A stretch of DNA of 64,000 bases from an uncultured virus (IMG/VR IMGVR_UViG_3300028327_000691) (taxonomy: Duplodnaviria > Heunggongvirae > Uroviricota > Caudoviricetes), in the IMG/VR virus record IMGVR_UViG_3300028327_000691; one strand, given 5' to 3'. A program made the translations under genes and the position numbers. This document shows positions 1 through 10,961 of the stretch, piece by piece (the first letter of the stretch is position 1; each line of letters opens with the position of its first letter). The notes below the pieces were generated by a model. The model ran no database searches, had not been told where the DNA came from, and saw only the letters and a list, made by a program, of their open reading frames with translations.

Positions 1-1
1 C

Positions 2-1144
2 TGGTTCCAACAAGGTAACAAGCGAATCATTAAAACCTGTGGTTGGGCTTGTACTGATAAACGGGAAGCTGTAGCCTTTCTTGAAGCCCTGCTAAAGCAA
101 GAATTATTCGAAATTAAGCAAAAAACCGCCTTACAGAACACTTTGTTAGGTGACTTTGCCAAGAATATGTTTATCGAAGGAGCAGCCCACCTTGAACGGT
201 GGAAGGCCAAAGGGCGTGTTCTAAAATCCCAAACAATCATTCAGCATAGGCGTCATTTAGTCAAATACCTGCTTCCCATGTTCGGCAAGTTCCCATTGGA
301 CAAAATCCGCCCGGTAAAAGTAGAAGACTACTTGCTTGAACAGAGGCTATCTAACTCATGCCGGAATACTATTATTTATACCCTTAAATTGGTTATGCGG
401 GAAGCTAAAAGGGAAGGCATTATAGAAATCATCCCGGAATTTGAACCTTTTAAGCGGTCAGGCAAGCGGCAGGACGTTTTATCAAGCGAAGAACTAACCG
501 CTTTATTCCCTTATGATGAAAAAGAGCTTATCAATGTTTGGAAACGCCCAGATGATATGAGGAAGGAACGTGACGAAATCGCCCTGATGTTCGGAACATT
601 GTTTTGCGTAACGGTTTCAGCGGGATTGCGGTCAGGTGAAATTAGGGCTTTACATAGGGAACAGGTAAGCATTCCAAACAGCGGGCTTTTGATTGACAGG
701 GCAGTCGATGACAGCGGTGAGATTGGACCGCTTAAAAAAGCGACTATCAAGGACTCAAGGAGCAGAGCGGTCATAATTCCTGAAATAACTTTAAAAATGT
801 TGGAACGCTGGTTAGACCGCAATGTTGAAAGCTCTGGATATCCGGGGCTTGTGTTTCATTACCGAGGCAAACCTATAGCCAATTATTACATACTTGACCG
901 TTTTAATTTTGGTTTAGACAGATTGGGAATTGACCATGAAAAAAGACGTTTAACTGTTCATTGCTTAAGGTATACTTATAATACGCGGATGAGGACAATT
1001 CTTTCCGAGCAAGTCTTACGCGAGTTTGTAGGGCATAGATCAATAGCAATGACGGACCATTACGATAACCCTATTCTGTTAGAGCGTTTAACGGCATATC
1101 AGAAAGTACGCCCATCGGTAGAGCAATTCTGGGAGAAAAAATAA
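2..1144 (+). CDS. Tyrosine recombinase/integrase (5'-partial)
   Basis: GLRSGEIRAL, HCLRYTY, VGH...MTDHY catalytic motifs; frame is open from base 2. Confidence 0.93.
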   Translation, partial: WFQQGNKRIIKTCGWACTDKREAVAFLEALLKQELFEIKQKTALQNTLLGDFAKNMFIEGAAHLERWKAKGRVLKSQTIIQHRRHLVKYLLPMFGKFPLDKIRPVKVEDYLLEQRLSNSCRNTIIYTLKLVMREAKREGIIEIIPEFEPFKRSGKRQDVLSSEELTALFPYDEKELINVWKRPDDMRKERDEIALMFGTLFCVTVSAGLRSGEIRALHREQVSIPNSGLLIDRAVDDSGEIGPLKKATIKDSRSRAVIIPEITLKMLERWLDRNVESSGYPGLVFHYRGKPIANYYILDRFNFGLDRLGIDHEKRRLTVHCLRYTYNTRMRTILSEQVLREFVGHRSIAMTDHYDNPILLERLTAYQKVRPSVEQFWEKK

Positions 1145-1169
1145 GTTCGGATTATTACTCTTAGTTTCT

Positions 1170-2003
1170 CTAATTTAATAAATTTTCTTGACCTGAGTAA
1201 ATGAACCTCATAGCATTATTCCTTATTAAGACATTTAGATTCTTAACTCTATCTACTGAATTGATAATGTGATATTCTAATTTATATTTAATATGAGTCT
1301 TTCCAATAACTAATAATATATTTTTTGAAATAGGAATAGATACTTCTGTTCTGGGATCAATAATACCAACTCTATCCACATTAATCTCAGAGTTAGTTAT
1401 TAATACTGGGTTATCTGTTGAAACAAAACATTCAGTAATATTTTTATCAATAATAAAAAAGGCCAAATTTCTCTTATTCATAATTGAAATAAACTCTTGG
1501 ACATTATTAAATAATCTTGGAAACATAATACTTTTTAAATCATTAACAATTTCCTTTTCATTTTGAACACGATTATATTTTTTATTTAATTCTTTCAAAT
1601 ATTTAATTCCATTAAAAAACAATTTGTCAATATATTTTGGAACACGTAATATTTGGTAATATAAGAATTCTAACAAATTTTGTCGGTCTTCATGAAAAAG
1701 TCTTTTCATTTCCTTTGATTTGTAATAGTGATCTTCAATATTCTTTATTATTTTTTCAAATACCAGACTGAATTCATATTCTTTTCTTGATAAATAATCT
1801 TCTACCAAATAATTATAATCATTATAGTTTTTTTTGTTATCCCTGTAAGAATAATAATAATTTTGTTCACATACTTCTTCTATATTTTTTAGGAAGGTTT
1901 TATTTTGAACTTTGTCGAAAACTAATAATTGCTCACAATCATTATGTAAAAATCCTTTTAAATAGAATCTTGGAACATAATGTTGCTTTTTACTTTTTTT
2001 CAT
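1170..2003 (-). CDS. DUF4238-family protein
   Basis: N-terminal QHYVPRFYLKGF; FVSTDNPV; very AT-rich. Confidence 0.8.
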   Translation of the reverse strand: MKKSKKQHYVPRFYLKGFLHNDCEQLLVFDKVQNKTFLKNIEEVCEQNYYYSYRDNKKNYNDYNYLVEDYLSRKEYEFSLVFEKIIKNIEDHYYKSKEMKRLFHEDRQNLLEFLYYQILRVPKYIDKLFFNGIKYLKELNKKYNRVQNEKEIVNDLKSIMFPRLFNNVQEFISIMNKRNLAFFIIDKNITECFVSTDNPVLITNSEINVDRVGIIDPRTEVSIPISKNILLVIGKTHIKYKLEYHIINSVDRVKNLNVLIRNNAMRFIYSGQENLLN

Positions 2004-2034
2004 AAAATAATTATTTTTTTCTTCTCATCCTTTA

Positions 2035-3165
2035 TTACTTCAATCTGTAAATATTCCCAGACATCCTACAATAATAATTAACCAATTCCTTTGTCAATCT
2101 TGATGATAAACAATTTGCTATCTCTGTTGTCATTGTTTTACCTTCAAGTCCGTTTTTTGTTATAATATCATTCCAAGCTTCATTCACAACTTTATTTATA
2201 AATTCATTATGCCGTCGCTTCTGTGCAATTTGTAAAATGCGGCTTAATCCAATCATATATGATTCAATATCGCGATTTGAAAATGGACGTTCAAAGTCGA
2301 AAAGAAAATTTATTTCCGGATGATATTTTATTACTTTATTTTTCCTTGTACCTGATAAAACATCAAAAACATATAAATCCTCAAATTGAGATTTACAATA
2401 ATTTTCTGACAATTTAACAATAAATTGAACGGCATTGAACAATTCCACAACCGCATATAAATTGTTCTTAGCTTGTGATCCTATTAAATATATACTATGA
2501 GAAACTTCATCATCATCCAAATCAAATATGCGTTTTTCAAGAATAATAAATTTAATTTTTTCTGTAATGTTATTTTTCAGATCATTGATTGCATCACACA
2601 CTGAGTTTACATCTCCCGTTTTCATAATATAATAATTTATTGCAATTTTAAGAATTGCTGGAAAAGATTCCTCACCACCAACAGAAAATGTTACATATAA
2701 AGGGTCAGTAATTTCAGTTTCAACATTTTTTGCTTGCTTAAATACTTCTTTATAATTTAGTTTTTTATACTTTCTTGATAAGCCTTTTATTATTTTTTTT
2801 GCTTCTTCTGGGCTTCTTGACTTAATTGAAAACTTAATCAAATTATTTTCTTTTGTCTCATGTACTATAGGCTTTTCCATAATTGGCATACCTTCGTAAT
2901 CCATTGAGATTTTATCGCCTGTTTTTTCATTTATTAGTTCAATAGGAGAAGGATTTCCCCTTTTACGTTTTACCATTAAATAATTAGAAAAAATATTTAA
3001 CTGTTTCGCTAATTCTAAATCAGGTTTACTTCCAAAATTTGAATTACAATCTTTACAAAGTAATTTTGTTGAAGTTAGTCTTCCACCAATTGAATTAGGG
3101 AAAATATGTTCTATGCTACGATTTTCAAATTTCAGTTCACATCCACAACTATAACAATTATCCAA
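2035..3165 (-). CDS. HNH endonuclease domain protein
   Basis: CYSC...EHIFPNSIGG...LCKDCNS. Confidence 0.8.
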   Translation of the reverse strand: MDNCYSCGCELKFENRSIEHIFPNSIGGRLTSTKLLCKDCNSNFGSKPDLELAKQLNIFSNYLMVKRKRGNPSPIELINEKTGDKISMDYEGMPIMEKPIVHETKENNLIKFSIKSRSPEEAKKIIKGLSRKYKKLNYKEVFKQAKNVETEITDPLYVTFSVGGEESFPAILKIAINYYIMKTGDVNSVCDAINDLKNNITEKIKFIILEKRIFDLDDDEVSHSIYLIGSQAKNNLYAVVELFNAVQFIVKLSENYCKSQFEDLYVFDVLSGTRKNKVIKYHPEINFLFDFERPFSNRDIESYMIGLSRILQIAQKRRHNEFINKVVNEAWNDIITKNGLEGKTMTTEIANCLSSRLTKELVNYYCRMSGNIYRLK

Positions 3166-3257
3166 ATTTTCTTCTCCGATTTATTAAGTATACTAATTTC
3201 TAAGAAAAATGCAATTCTACATATTGTAAATTAAGTATCTAGTATTAAGGATTTTAA

Positions 3258-4568
3258 TTATTCTAACCCTAAAACATGTGGGATTTTTAAATATTGATTT
3301 GGATTATAATTATTTACTACAAATGGTATAACATCTTCTTCCAATTCCCAACTTTTATTGAGTGGAATATATAATCTTAAGAAATCTAAATAAATATAAT
3401 CAATGATTTTACCATGAATTTCAAAATCCTTTAGATCTGTTAGTGTTTTAAAAAAATTTTCTTCCTCAACATTTTTCCCCTCATATGATTCAAAACAAAT
3501 GTGTATCGCACCATTTTGATCATATGGTATTTGCGATACAGCATCAATTATGTATCTTTTAAAACTTACAGACCGATGTTGAATTGCATCATGAGAATCA
3601 CAATACCATAAACCAGCACATGCGTATTTGATATTAGAGACATAATCATATATTGGATTTTGTTCTTCTGCGGCATAAGCGGAAGTAACACCATAAAGAT
3701 TGTTATTATGTTTAAATATTCTACTGGTAAAATCTGGCGTATATACCTTCCACATTATTTCATTTTTTGTATTTACACTCTCAAAATCTGGTATATATGT
3801 TTCAAGAGTTATATCAGCATTATTAATTATATTTCCGTTTTTAAGAAAATCATAATTATCCATAAATAAATCGAATAAATAATCCTTTTCATATGTATGT
3901 ATCTCATTGTGAAATGTACATTTTAGTACTAATGAGATTCTATTATTTTTTAAATAATCTTGTACTGGTAAATATTGAAAATACCATTCTTCTCGTTCTT
4001 TTTTTGAGTAATCTGATTCTTTCCTTTTTCTCTTACATTCCACAAAAAGTATACCGTTATATTCAACTTGTAAATCAGGATGTTTGCTGTTTTCTTTATC
4101 TGTAATAAAAATAACGTCTTTTGCACCATTTCTCAAATAAGTGCAAGCAACAAGAATCTCATAGAGAGTACTTTCAATATCTTTATTTTTTTTATTTAAC
4201 ATTGATAAAAATATTTTTTCAAAACCTTTTAATTTATTCAATATATCAATACTTTCAGCAATTCTCAATATTTTTGGAATTGTTCTTGCTGTAAATCCTA
4301 AGTCACATTCATATGGTTTCTCTATGTATGATTGTATTTGCCATAAATAAAAAGCCGGAATGTCCTTTATCAATTCATGAAATGATATAAATGTTTTTTC
4401 AAGTTTATGATGTTTATTAGGTAATAATATTGGACTAGTTTTTGCTTGATAATATTCTGCCTTAATTTGATTAGTGCGATCAATAAATATTTCTTGAGTT
4501 ATTAATAATTTACAATAATCCAAGAAAACTGTTAATAATTTGTTTTCTTCCATGATATATTGTATCAA
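3258..4568 (-). CDS. Hypothetical protein, possible PD-(D/E)xK nuclease fold
   Basis: 436-aa ORF with YEIL...HPDL...FVECKR. Confidence 0.55.
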   Translation of the reverse strand: MIQYIMEENKLLTVFLDYCKLLITQEIFIDRTNQIKAEYYQAKTSPILLPNKHHKLEKTFISFHELIKDIPAFYLWQIQSYIEKPYECDLGFTARTIPKILRIAESIDILNKLKGFEKIFLSMLNKKNKDIESTLYEILVACTYLRNGAKDVIFITDKENSKHPDLQVEYNGILFVECKRKRKESDYSKKEREEWYFQYLPVQDYLKNNRISLVLKCTFHNEIHTYEKDYLFDLFMDNYDFLKNGNIINNADITLETYIPDFESVNTKNEIMWKVYTPDFTSRIFKHNNNLYGVTSAYAAEEQNPIYDYVSNIKYACAGLWYCDSHDAIQHRSVSFKRYIIDAVSQIPYDQNGAIHICFESYEGKNVEEENFFKTLTDLKDFEIHGKIIDYIYLDFLRLYIPLNKSWELEEDVIPFVVNNYNPNQYLKIPHVLGLE

Positions 4569-4906
4569 AAAAATGATATTTAATCAAAAGTTCTGTTTTA
4601 TATTAAAATTAACAATAAAAGATGTATTAAGAATTTCGGAAGTATTATCGTCTGGGGGATATAAAATCGTTTCTAGAATTATTACAAAATACTCCTCTCT
4701 CTATAGCATCTTTCAGACCAGCCGTAGCCACAATTAAAAATAAGCCTTTCAATCAATGTAAATCTTTTTCTTTATTATGTACATAATTAAATAACGCTTC
4801 AATAATAATCTATCCGTACATTTTATTAAGGCTGCGGATTACGTTGCAAAGTGTACGTTCCAGATCATAGAAAATCAGTGTGTTTTACAATTAATTGTTA
4901 TGCTGA

Positions 4907-5248
4907 TTACTTAGTCTTCGTTTTCTTCGGTTTTTTGTCCATGTCCTGTATTTGACTGATAATAAACCGCCCTAATATGCCATTGATTTCTGTTAGTATT
5001 GTTTTACGGTATGATTTCATAGATTCCGAGGTACCCTCTGTTTTTGAAAAAAGCAGGTGTGATTCAATACCCAAGGCATCGGCTAGTTTTTCAATCATCT
5101 CAGGGGAAGGGAATTTCTTTCCAATCTCGATCATCCCAATATAGTGTGTGCCGGTATTTACCCGTTCGGCAAGCTTCGCCTGGGACCAACCAAGGGTACG
5201 TCGGTAAAATTTAAGGTTATCAGCCAATATTTTTCTAATATTTAACAT
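4907..5248 (-). CDS. XRE-family HTH regulator
   Basis: NLKFYRRTLGWSQAKLAE...IEIGKKFPS; paralogue of 56566-56886. Confidence 0.9.
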   Translation of the reverse strand: MLNIRKILADNLKFYRRTLGWSQAKLAERVNTGTHYIGMIEIGKKFPSPEMIEKLADALGIESHLLFSKTEGTSESMKSYRKTILTEINGILGRFIISQIQDMDKKPKKTKTK

Positions 5249-5383
5249 ACGGCCACTTTAAGACTGTTAAATTATGTAGCCACAAAGAAGGGCTTGACTA
5301 AACTGCCGTATAGGGCATAATAATTATATACTATATGGAGACATATAATTGTTATAAAAAATCATGAAAAATAGAAGAATTTC

Positions 5384-6661
5384 ATGGTTTTTTATACAGG
5401 TATCAATGAGGGACAAATAGATAACAGGAGAAAAGAAGAATATATGGAAGGCTTATTTCAAATAATTAAATACGAGGGTGATAACAGTACCTTTATATGG
5501 AAATCGCCGATTGAAGATTTTAACCTTGGTACTCAGTTGATTGTCCATGAATCTCAAGAAGCAATATTTTTTATGAATGGTCAGGCTCTCGATTTGTTCG
5601 GCGCCGGACGCTTTACACTTGAAACGCAAAATATTCCGTTAATCAGTAAGTTCTTGAACAAACCGACTGATAATCAAACTCCGTTCCATTGCGAGGTCTA
5701 TTTTATTAACAAGACAGAACAGATGTCTATTAAATGGGGAACAGACAGTCAGGTTCAATATATGGAGCCGACATATAAATTCCCGTTAAAAATAGGCGCT
5801 TCGGGGGAGATGTCTTTGCGAGTGGAAGATTCGAGAAAACTACTGGTAAAAATTGTTGGAACGGAAAACTCTCTTGAACAAGCCGGACTAACGTCAATGT
5901 TCCGTGTTTTTTTAATGGCTAGGATAAAACCTTACCTTGCTCAAACTATGCAGAAAAACGAGTTTGGTATATTTGAAGTCGATTCTCACATGGGCGAACT
6001 TTCGGAGGTTTTACACAAGCAGCTTTTGCCTGACTTTATGGATTACGGTATTTCACTCGAACGCTTTTTTATAACGACTATTGTTAAGCCAGACGGTGAT
6101 AAGGCTTATGAAAAATTTCGTGACATTCATATACGACAGTATTCAGACATTGCTGAAGCGCAAATTAGGCAGAAAGTGGGAATTATTGACCAACAAACTG
6201 ATGCGCAAAAACTGGTAATTGAATCTCAAGCAATAGCGACAAAAAGAGCGCAAGAGGGTTATACCTATCAAAACGAGCGCAGTTTTGATGTCGCAGAAAA
6301 AGTAGCCGAGAACGAAAGTGTAGGTAATTTTACTAACACAGGTATCGGTCTTGGCATGATGGGAGGCATGGCAGGCGGTATGGGTTCGGTCGTCGCCGGA
6401 ATTACAACCGACGCTCTTAATCCTTTAAGTACACAGCAAGGAATTGGTCAAAATAACTCATCTCCGGTCGCAGGGATTGGTGTAATGGTCCAGCCTGTTG
6501 TTGATTTGAAAAACGAAACGCAAAAATCTACGCCATCAGCATCCGACGACATGGGCGCTTTTAAGCAAAAACTTGAAAAAATAAAGATGATGAAGGAAAC
6601 AGGAATACTGTCTGATGTAGAATTTGAAACGGAAAAGAAAAAACTGTTAAACAGTTTATAG
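5384..6661 (+). CDS. SPFH-domain (YdjI/virion-core-like) protein with probable C-terminal SHOCT
   Basis: GTQLIVHESQEAIF, TPFHCEVYFIN, KWGT; C-terminal GILSDVEFETEKKKLL; start may be the downstream Met (MEGLF). Confidence 0.85.
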   Translation: MVFYTGINEGQIDNRRKEEYMEGLFQIIKYEGDNSTFIWKSPIEDFNLGTQLIVHESQEAIFFMNGQALDLFGAGRFTLETQNIPLISKFLNKPTDNQTPFHCEVYFINKTEQMSIKWGTDSQVQYMEPTYKFPLKIGASGEMSLRVEDSRKLLVKIVGTENSLEQAGLTSMFRVFLMARIKPYLAQTMQKNEFGIFEVDSHMGELSEVLHKQLLPDFMDYGISLERFFITTIVKPDGDKAYEKFRDIHIRQYSDIAEAQIRQKVGIIDQQTDAQKLVIESQAIATKRAQEGYTYQNERSFDVAEKVAENESVGNFTNTGIGLGMMGGMAGGMGSVVAGITTDALNPLSTQQGIGQNNSSPVAGIGVMVQPVVDLKNETQKSTPSASDDMGAFKQKLEKIKMMKETGILSDVEFETEKKKLLNSL

Positions 6662-6685
6662 AATGTCATAATACAGGGGATATGA

Positions 6686-7384
6686 ATGAAACTGATAAAA
6701 AATAAGGGTATTTTTTTTGTTTCGGTATTTATAATAATTGCCGTTTATAATGTGGTAGTTTTTGTTATCCCATTTAACAGGGGCGGCGGCTTTTGGACCG
6801 GTTACGGTTTTTCCATGCTCGCAATGCTTTTAACGGCTACAGTGGGTTTTTTCGTGTTTGACAAGGAAACATTAAAAAGTAAATTTTACGGAATACCGCT
6901 TATATACGTTGTATGGCGCTACTTAATAATTCAACTAATTATCAGCTTTTTTGAGATAGTCTTGGATTTTATTCCAATTCCTTTTCAATATGGACTTGCG
7001 CTAAACACAATAATTTTGGGAGCCTGTCTCATTGGTCTTTTTACCGTTAAATTAGCAAAAGATGAAATTGAACGCATTGACAAAAAAGTTAAAGAGAAAG
7101 TTTTTTACATCAAGTCTTTACAAGTTGATATTGAAGGTTTGGTTGGCAAAGTCTCAGATGATTCTCTGAAAAACTTATTAAAAGACCTTGTTGAAGTAAT
7201 ACGGTATAGCGACCCTATGAGTAGCCCTCAACTTGCGGCAATTGAGAATAAAATAGAAGCTAGGTCGGCTGCTCTTACAGAAGCCGTTGAAAAGTCTGAT
7301 GGAGAAACTGTAAAGGTATTGAGCAATGATTTACAGCAATTATTTGCTGAGAGGAACAAGAAGTGCAAAATATTGAAAAATTAA
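6686..7384 (+). CDS. Membrane protein with C-terminal helical domain
   Basis: About 4 hydrophobic segments then IRYSDPMS; follows the SPFH gene. Confidence 0.75.
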   Translation: MKLIKNKGIFFVSVFIIIAVYNVVVFVIPFNRGGGFWTGYGFSMLAMLLTATVGFFVFDKETLKSKFYGIPLIYVVWRYLIIQLIISFFEIVLDFIPIPFQYGLALNTIILGACLIGLFTVKLAKDEIERIDKKVKEKVFYIKSLQVDIEGLVGKVSDDSLKNLLKDLVEVIRYSDPMSSPQLAAIENKIEARSAALTEAVEKSDGETVKVLSNDLQQLFAERNKKCKILKN

Positions 7385-7430
7385 TAAGTTCATTCAATAG
7401 GATAAACCAATTTATTAAAGGAGAAGAAAA

Positions 7431-8894
7431 ATGGCGGCTTTAACATGTGATATTTGCGGAGGCAAACTCGTAATGGGAACCGGCGGCGTGGCTGTATGCG
7501 ATAGTTGTGGGATGGAACATAGTAAAGACCGTATGCAGGAGAAAGTCCAAGAGATAAAAGGTACGGTTGAAGTCAGCAATATCGCAAGTATTGACTCCTT
7601 GTTGAAACGAGGGCATTTAGAATTGGAGAATTCCCAATGGGATGATGCTTATGATTATTTTAACAAAGTTTTAGATGTTGACCCGGAAAATATACCTGCT
7701 TATATAGGTTGTTTGTGCGCATGTGTAAATGTGCGGAATGAAGAAATGCTTGGAGAGGGAAAGGAACCTCTTTCAAAATTTTCTATATTCAAGAATGCTT
7801 TAAAGTTTGCAAATGATGAACTAAAAGCAAAATTGAAAGAATATGATGAAAAAATAAAAGTACGCATTGAAAGTAACGTTTCAGAACGAAAACTGACATT
7901 AGCTAAAACTCGTAAGGCATTAGCTAGATATCAAAATTGTATTTTAATTTCTTCTAATACTATATTAGGTTTAAAATCTGATGGTACGGTAGTCGTTGAT
8001 GGTAAAATTAAAAATCTAGAAGTCATAAGAAGCTGGTGTGACATTGTGGCGATTGCTACTGGAGGAGAATTAACTCTGGGGTTAAAAACAGATGGCACGG
8101 TGGTCGGTTTATCGTCAACAAAAAGCTGGCGGGATATTGTAGCGATTTCTGCTGGTATCGACTATGCAGTAGGTTTAAAATCAGACGGTACAGTAGTTAC
8201 TGGTGGTGATCTTATTTTTAATAATTACGGCATGGGTAATGAATACGGACAATTAAATACAGAAAACTGGCGAAACATTGTTTCAATTGCAGCTCGGAAC
8301 GATCGTACAGTTGGTTTAAAATCAGACGGTACGGTAGTCGCTGTTGGGAATAATAAATTAGGCGAATGTAATACCGAGAACTGGCGGGACATTGTTGCGA
8401 TTGCCGCTGGTAATGTACATACTGTAGGCTTGAAATCAAATGGCACAATTGTCATTGTTGGAGATATAGAAGAGAATAATAAAGATAAAAATAATTTCCA
8501 AAACATTGTAGCAATTGTAGCTGGGCCGAGTGGTAAAACAGTTGGTTTGAAATCAGATTGTACAGTGGTCGCTATGGGGATAGATAATTACCGCAAAAAG
8601 ATATTGGCGAACTGGCGGGATATAGTTGCGATTGCCGTTGGTAATGAAGTAGTTGGCTTGAAATCAGACCATTCGGTAATTTTTACAACTGATGAATATT
8701 CAAATACTAGAGAAGCAGATAAGTGGAGGGACATAGGGCCCGTTCCTGAAGAGCAAATAGTAAAATCAAGACTTAAACTGGAAGAAAGAAGACGCTGGAT
8801 ACAAGAAGGCTTATGCCATTATTGCGGAGGGGAAATTGGCGGTCTTTTTACAAAAAAATGTAAATCATGTGGCAGAGAACATTTTGGGGATTAG
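7431..8894 (+). CDS. Zn-ribbon + TPR + RCC1-repeat protein
   Basis: CDICGG..CDSCG; TPR-like AYDYFNKVLDVDPEN; repeated WRDIVAIAAG..TVGLKSDGTVV; C-terminal CHYCGG..CKSC. Confidence 0.85.
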   Translation: MAALTCDICGGKLVMGTGGVAVCDSCGMEHSKDRMQEKVQEIKGTVEVSNIASIDSLLKRGHLELENSQWDDAYDYFNKVLDVDPENIPAYIGCLCACVNVRNEEMLGEGKEPLSKFSIFKNALKFANDELKAKLKEYDEKIKVRIESNVSERKLTLAKTRKALARYQNCILISSNTILGLKSDGTVVVDGKIKNLEVIRSWCDIVAIATGGELTLGLKTDGTVVGLSSTKSWRDIVAISAGIDYAVGLKSDGTVVTGGDLIFNNYGMGNEYGQLNTENWRNIVSIAARNDRTVGLKSDGTVVAVGNNKLGECNTENWRDIVAIAAGNVHTVGLKSNGTIVIVGDIEENNKDKNNFQNIVAIVAGPSGKTVGLKSDCTVVAMGIDNYRKKILANWRDIVAIAVGNEVVGLKSDHSVIFTTDEYSNTREADKWRDIGPVPEEQIVKSRLKLEERRRWIQEGLCHYCGGEIGGLFTKKCKSCGREHFGD

Positions 8895-8974
8895 GATAAC
8901 CATAATGCAAAATATTTTGCGCTGTATAAAACGGCTGAGTCGGATAAAAACAAATTTGTTAAAGGAGAAGGGAA

Positions 8975-10855
8975 ATGGCGGCTTTAACTTGTGATATTTG
9001 CGGAGGCAAACTAGTAGTGGGAACCGGCGGCGTGGCTGTATGCGATAGTTGTGGCATGAAATATAGTAAAGAACGTATACAGGAGAAAATAAAAGAAAAA
9101 AAAGGCACAGTTGAAGTCAGCAATTTCGCAAGTAATGATTCCTTGTTGAAACAAGAGAATTTAACATTGGAAAATTCTAATAAAGAATTAAATACGGTAC
9201 TCGCTATAGGAGATAATAGCCGAGATGGACAGGAAAACACTGAAGAGCAAAATGTAAAATCAAAACTTAAAATAGAAGAAAAAGAGCCTAATCATAACAA
9301 TGTAAACGATAATCCATCTCAAGAATTAAATACGTTAGTCGCTATAGGAGAGAATAGTAGAGACGGACTAGACAACACTGAAAAGCAAATGAATGTGGAA
9401 AGAATTAATATGGCTTTATGTTCAAATTGTGGAGAAAAAATTAAAGAAGGCGTAAAATTTTGTCCAAGTTGTGGCAGGCCAGCAGTAAATACAGGTTTTC
9501 CTCCTGGATATAAACCTAAAGATTGGACAACGACATTATTACTTTGTATTTTCTTGGGGTGGCTTGGAGGGCATAGATTTTATGTAGGTAAAATAGGAAC
9601 CGCAATTTTAAATATTATTGTTACTGTTATTACTTTTGGTATTGGTAGTTTTATTTGGTTTATTATTGACCTTATTATGATATGTACTTTTAAATTCAAA
9701 GACAAGCACGGTTATCCACTCAAACATAAATCATTAACAAATGTCCCTACATCGCCGAATATGCCTGTATATGATTCACCGTCTGCAAACATTGGGAATA
9801 ATGGCGGCACGGTTTATGATAAAGCGGAAAATGTCGAATCTACGGCTCAAAATCTACTTGAACAGGAAACCGAAAAAAGAATCTCATCGGAAAAAATTAT
9901 CGAGTTTAAAGCTTTTGTGCGGAATTTAATTGAAACCAACGGTGGGCAATTAACTGGTGATGGGGCTTATTGGGAAAATATTCCTGAAAAAATATGTAAC
10001 AATGCAACCAAAGCTCACGCCATCCCTAATAGCGAGTCTATTCTGATAGTTTTTAATGAAAGCATACTTGGTTCCGGTAAAGCGGGCATGGCGTTTACTG
10101 ATTGGGGCATTAGATATAAATCTGCAGGAGATTCATGGCGTTTATCATGGAATGACATATCGGCAAAATATACCCTTGTTAAAACAAAGACAGGCGATAC
10201 TATAATGATAAAACCCAATGAACTTTTGCTTAAGGCTAAATCAAGCAATGGTTCTGCGGTTGATAAACCGATAAATTTAACCGTCTATATAGACTACGAC
10301 ATATTGGCAGCCATAATCGACAAATCCTGTCAAATATTTACAGGAAGAAAAGTAGAGGTGTTGGATAATACTGTCGTAAATAAATATTTGCGAAAGAGAG
10401 AGGCAAACGGATTTCTGGATTATTTACAAGAAGAAAATAAATCAGGCGTATTGGGAAAAAATGCCATTCTAAATACTGGAAAATCAATAAAAATTGAAAA
10501 TTTTTCCGGTTCTTTGAACCTGCATGATGATGAAGAAATAATAGTCTTGTTTGAAGGCACCCAAAAGGGTTCCGGCGAAAATGGACTGGCGTTTACTTCA
10601 TGGGGGGTAAGATACAGAGATAACGTAAATCAAAAAAAATGGGATTTATCATGGAAAGAATTGGGAGAAAAGTGTACTTTCCACAATGAGGAAAAAAAAT
10701 CTTTCAGAATAAGAAGTAAACAAGATGATCTTGCCGCTTATGAAATAGACAAAATACCCTATATGCCTAATACGGATATACTGGAAATTTTATTTCTTAA
10801 TGGCTGTATGATTATGAACGGTGAGGATCCTTATGCAGTAGATCCAGAAGCATAA
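8975..10855 (+). CDS. Zn-ribbon/TM2-domain protein with duplicated C-terminal domain
   Basis: Same N-terminus as 7431; CSNCG..FCPSCG; TM2 motif LGWLGGHRFYVGK; two GSGxxGxAFTxWGxRY units. Confidence 0.8.
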   Translation: MAALTCDICGGKLVVGTGGVAVCDSCGMKYSKERIQEKIKEKKGTVEVSNFASNDSLLKQENLTLENSNKELNTVLAIGDNSRDGQENTEEQNVKSKLKIEEKEPNHNNVNDNPSQELNTLVAIGENSRDGLDNTEKQMNVERINMALCSNCGEKIKEGVKFCPSCGRPAVNTGFPPGYKPKDWTTTLLLCIFLGWLGGHRFYVGKIGTAILNIIVTVITFGIGSFIWFIIDLIMICTFKFKDKHGYPLKHKSLTNVPTSPNMPVYDSPSANIGNNGGTVYDKAENVESTAQNLLEQETEKRISSEKIIEFKAFVRNLIETNGGQLTGDGAYWENIPEKICNNATKAHAIPNSESILIVFNESILGSGKAGMAFTDWGIRYKSAGDSWRLSWNDISAKYTLVKTKTGDTIMIKPNELLLKAKSSNGSAVDKPINLTVYIDYDILAAIIDKSCQIFTGRKVEVLDNTVVNKYLRKREANGFLDYLQEENKSGVLGKNAILNTGKSIKIENFSGSLNLHDDEEIIVLFEGTQKGSGENGLAFTSWGVRYRDNVNQKKWDLSWKELGEKCTFHNEEKKSFRIRSKQDDLAAYEIDKIPYMPNTDILEILFLNGCMIMNGEDPYAVDPEA

Positions 10856-10961
10856 GGAACATTTGAGACAATTCATGAATCAAATAATAGTGACTTTGAT
10901 TGGAACTATTATTACTGGAGTAATAGGGCATTAATATGAAAAATGCAGAAGGAGTTAAACA

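Noticed and set aside
7960..8740. DNA repeats as a DGR or shufflon target
   Set aside because: They are explained by RCC1 protein repeats; no reverse transcriptase or invertible-site pattern seen
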